This document shows, piece by piece, positions 63,184 through 64,000 of a stretch of 64,000 nt of DNA (within the stretch, counting starts at the first letter, position 1; every line of letters starts with the position of its first letter). Under the pieces are notes generated by a model. It searched no databases and was not told the DNA's origin. It saw only the letters and a program-made list of their open reading frames with translations. Made by a program: the position numbers and the translations under genes. Origin of the DNA: an uncultured virus (IMG/VR IMGVR_UViG_2700989568_000007) (taxonomy: Duplodnaviria > Heunggongvirae > Uroviricota > Caudoviricetes); the IMG/VR virus record IMGVR_UViG_2700989568_000007; one strand, 5' to 3'.

Positions 63184-63545
63184 TGTCCATGAAAATGGGT
63201 GATCTGGCAAAACGTCCGGCTGCAGAAGCTGCCGCGCCTAAAAGCAGCACACCGATGCGCCAGCCTGTCCGTCCACAAGGCCGTCCAACACGTGGCAAAG
63301 AGAAAATCAAAAGCCGCACGATGTCTCTTGAAGACGAGTATTTCGAATTACTGGAGATGATGAAGTTCATCCCTCGCTTCGAGAAGTTCACCCGTTCTGA
63401 TGTGATACGTGCAGCCATTTTCCATCTGGCAGAGAAGTCCCCGCAGGAAATAGAGGACATCGTAAAGATGAACGAGGCGATCACCGCAGCCGATGTGACG
63501 ATGCGTACCGATGAAATCAAGCGTGAGCTGATGAAGAAAGGTTAA
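63183..63545 (+). CDS. ParA partner, centromere-binding ribbon-helix-helix protein
   Basis: TAATG coupling; flexible N-terminus then SRTMSL...TRSDVIRAAI. Confidence 0.75.
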   Translation: MSMKMGDLAKRPAAEAAAPKSSTPMRQPVRPQGRPTRGKEKIKSRTMSLEDEYFELLEMMKFIPRFEKFTRSDVIRAAIFHLAEKSPQEIEDIVKMNEAITAADVTMRTDEIKRELMKKG

Positions 63546-63590
63546 ATAAGAGGCGTCGAAAGATGCCTTTAACTCAAAAGGACTTTGTTT

Positions 63591-64000
63591 GTGCTGTACA
63601 AATACGTAGGGCATGAAGACCCAAACGAATTAATCAAAATTCTTAAATTCTTCATCGAAGATGGAACCATCCGAGCCACCCGGCCACACGACTTCAATGA
63701 TCCTGCCGAGTTCAAAGCCAAATTTAGTTTTGACGCCACGATCCAAGAGAAGCTTGTCCGATATCATGAGATGTGGCCTGGCAAAAGCGACGATGACGGT
63801 GAGAACTGGTTAAGAGGGCGAACCAAAAACGCCGAAGAGTTTGACGCCTATATGCTGCGCGGAAATCTGCTTTTGGATACTGGTGTGATATGCCTCACCA
63901 GAACTGACACTAATTACCTGATGTGGTCGCATTACGCCAGCTCCCACTCTGGATTTTGCATAGGGTTTGATGACGCTATTGTGGAAGCGCTGGATGACCG
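63591..64000 (+). CDS. DUF2971-domain protein (partial, runs off window; not in ORF track)
   Basis: Manual translation from GTG 63591: LYKY...DFNDPAEF...CLT...LMWSHYASSHSGFCIGFD. Confidence 0.82.
   Translation, partial: MLYKYVGHEDPNELIKILKFFIEDGTIRATRPHDFNDPAEFKAKFSFDATIQEKLVRYHEMWPGKSDDDGENWLRGRTKNAEEFDAYMLRGNLLLDTGVICLTRTDTNYLMWSHYASSHSGFCIGFDDAIVEALDD

Overview
This 64-kb window is about half of a temperate siphophage-plasmid that resembles the SSU5/pHCM2 group of Enterobacterales; the assignment comes from gene content and order, not from a database search. In order it holds: the left end of an IS5-family element; a phage Dam-type methylase; a ~500-nt structured non-coding region upstream of RNase HI; a TerB-like pair; a ~8.5-kb inserted defence island (DUF262/GmrSD-like gene plus EcoR124-family type IC hsdM-hsdS-hsdR) that appears to truncate a phage gene; a strand-skewed non-coding block; small early-type genes with repeated promoter/operator units; accessory genes including a possible tandem Sm/Hfq-like protein; an SF2 helicase; a ParB-ParB-ABC ATPase-GNAT cluster next to the terminase; a complete head and lambda-like tail module with a ~3,900-aa multi-domain tail tip protein; a tail fibre; a lysis cassette; an orphan+GNAT gene pair; ParA plus partner; and a partial DUF2971 gene. 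The most unusual signals are regulatory: (i) Shine-Dalgarno sites of many late genes sit in ANGGA hairpin loops like CsrA sites, (ii) two dispersed palindromic motif families (AAACAAnTTGTTT and TARGTAAGTACTTACYTA), (iii) twin ~100-bp palindromes 26.6 kb apart, and (iv) a promoter-driven multi-hairpin RNA upstream of RNase H that could be a primer RNA or R-loop origin. Product names rest on motifs recognised by eye.
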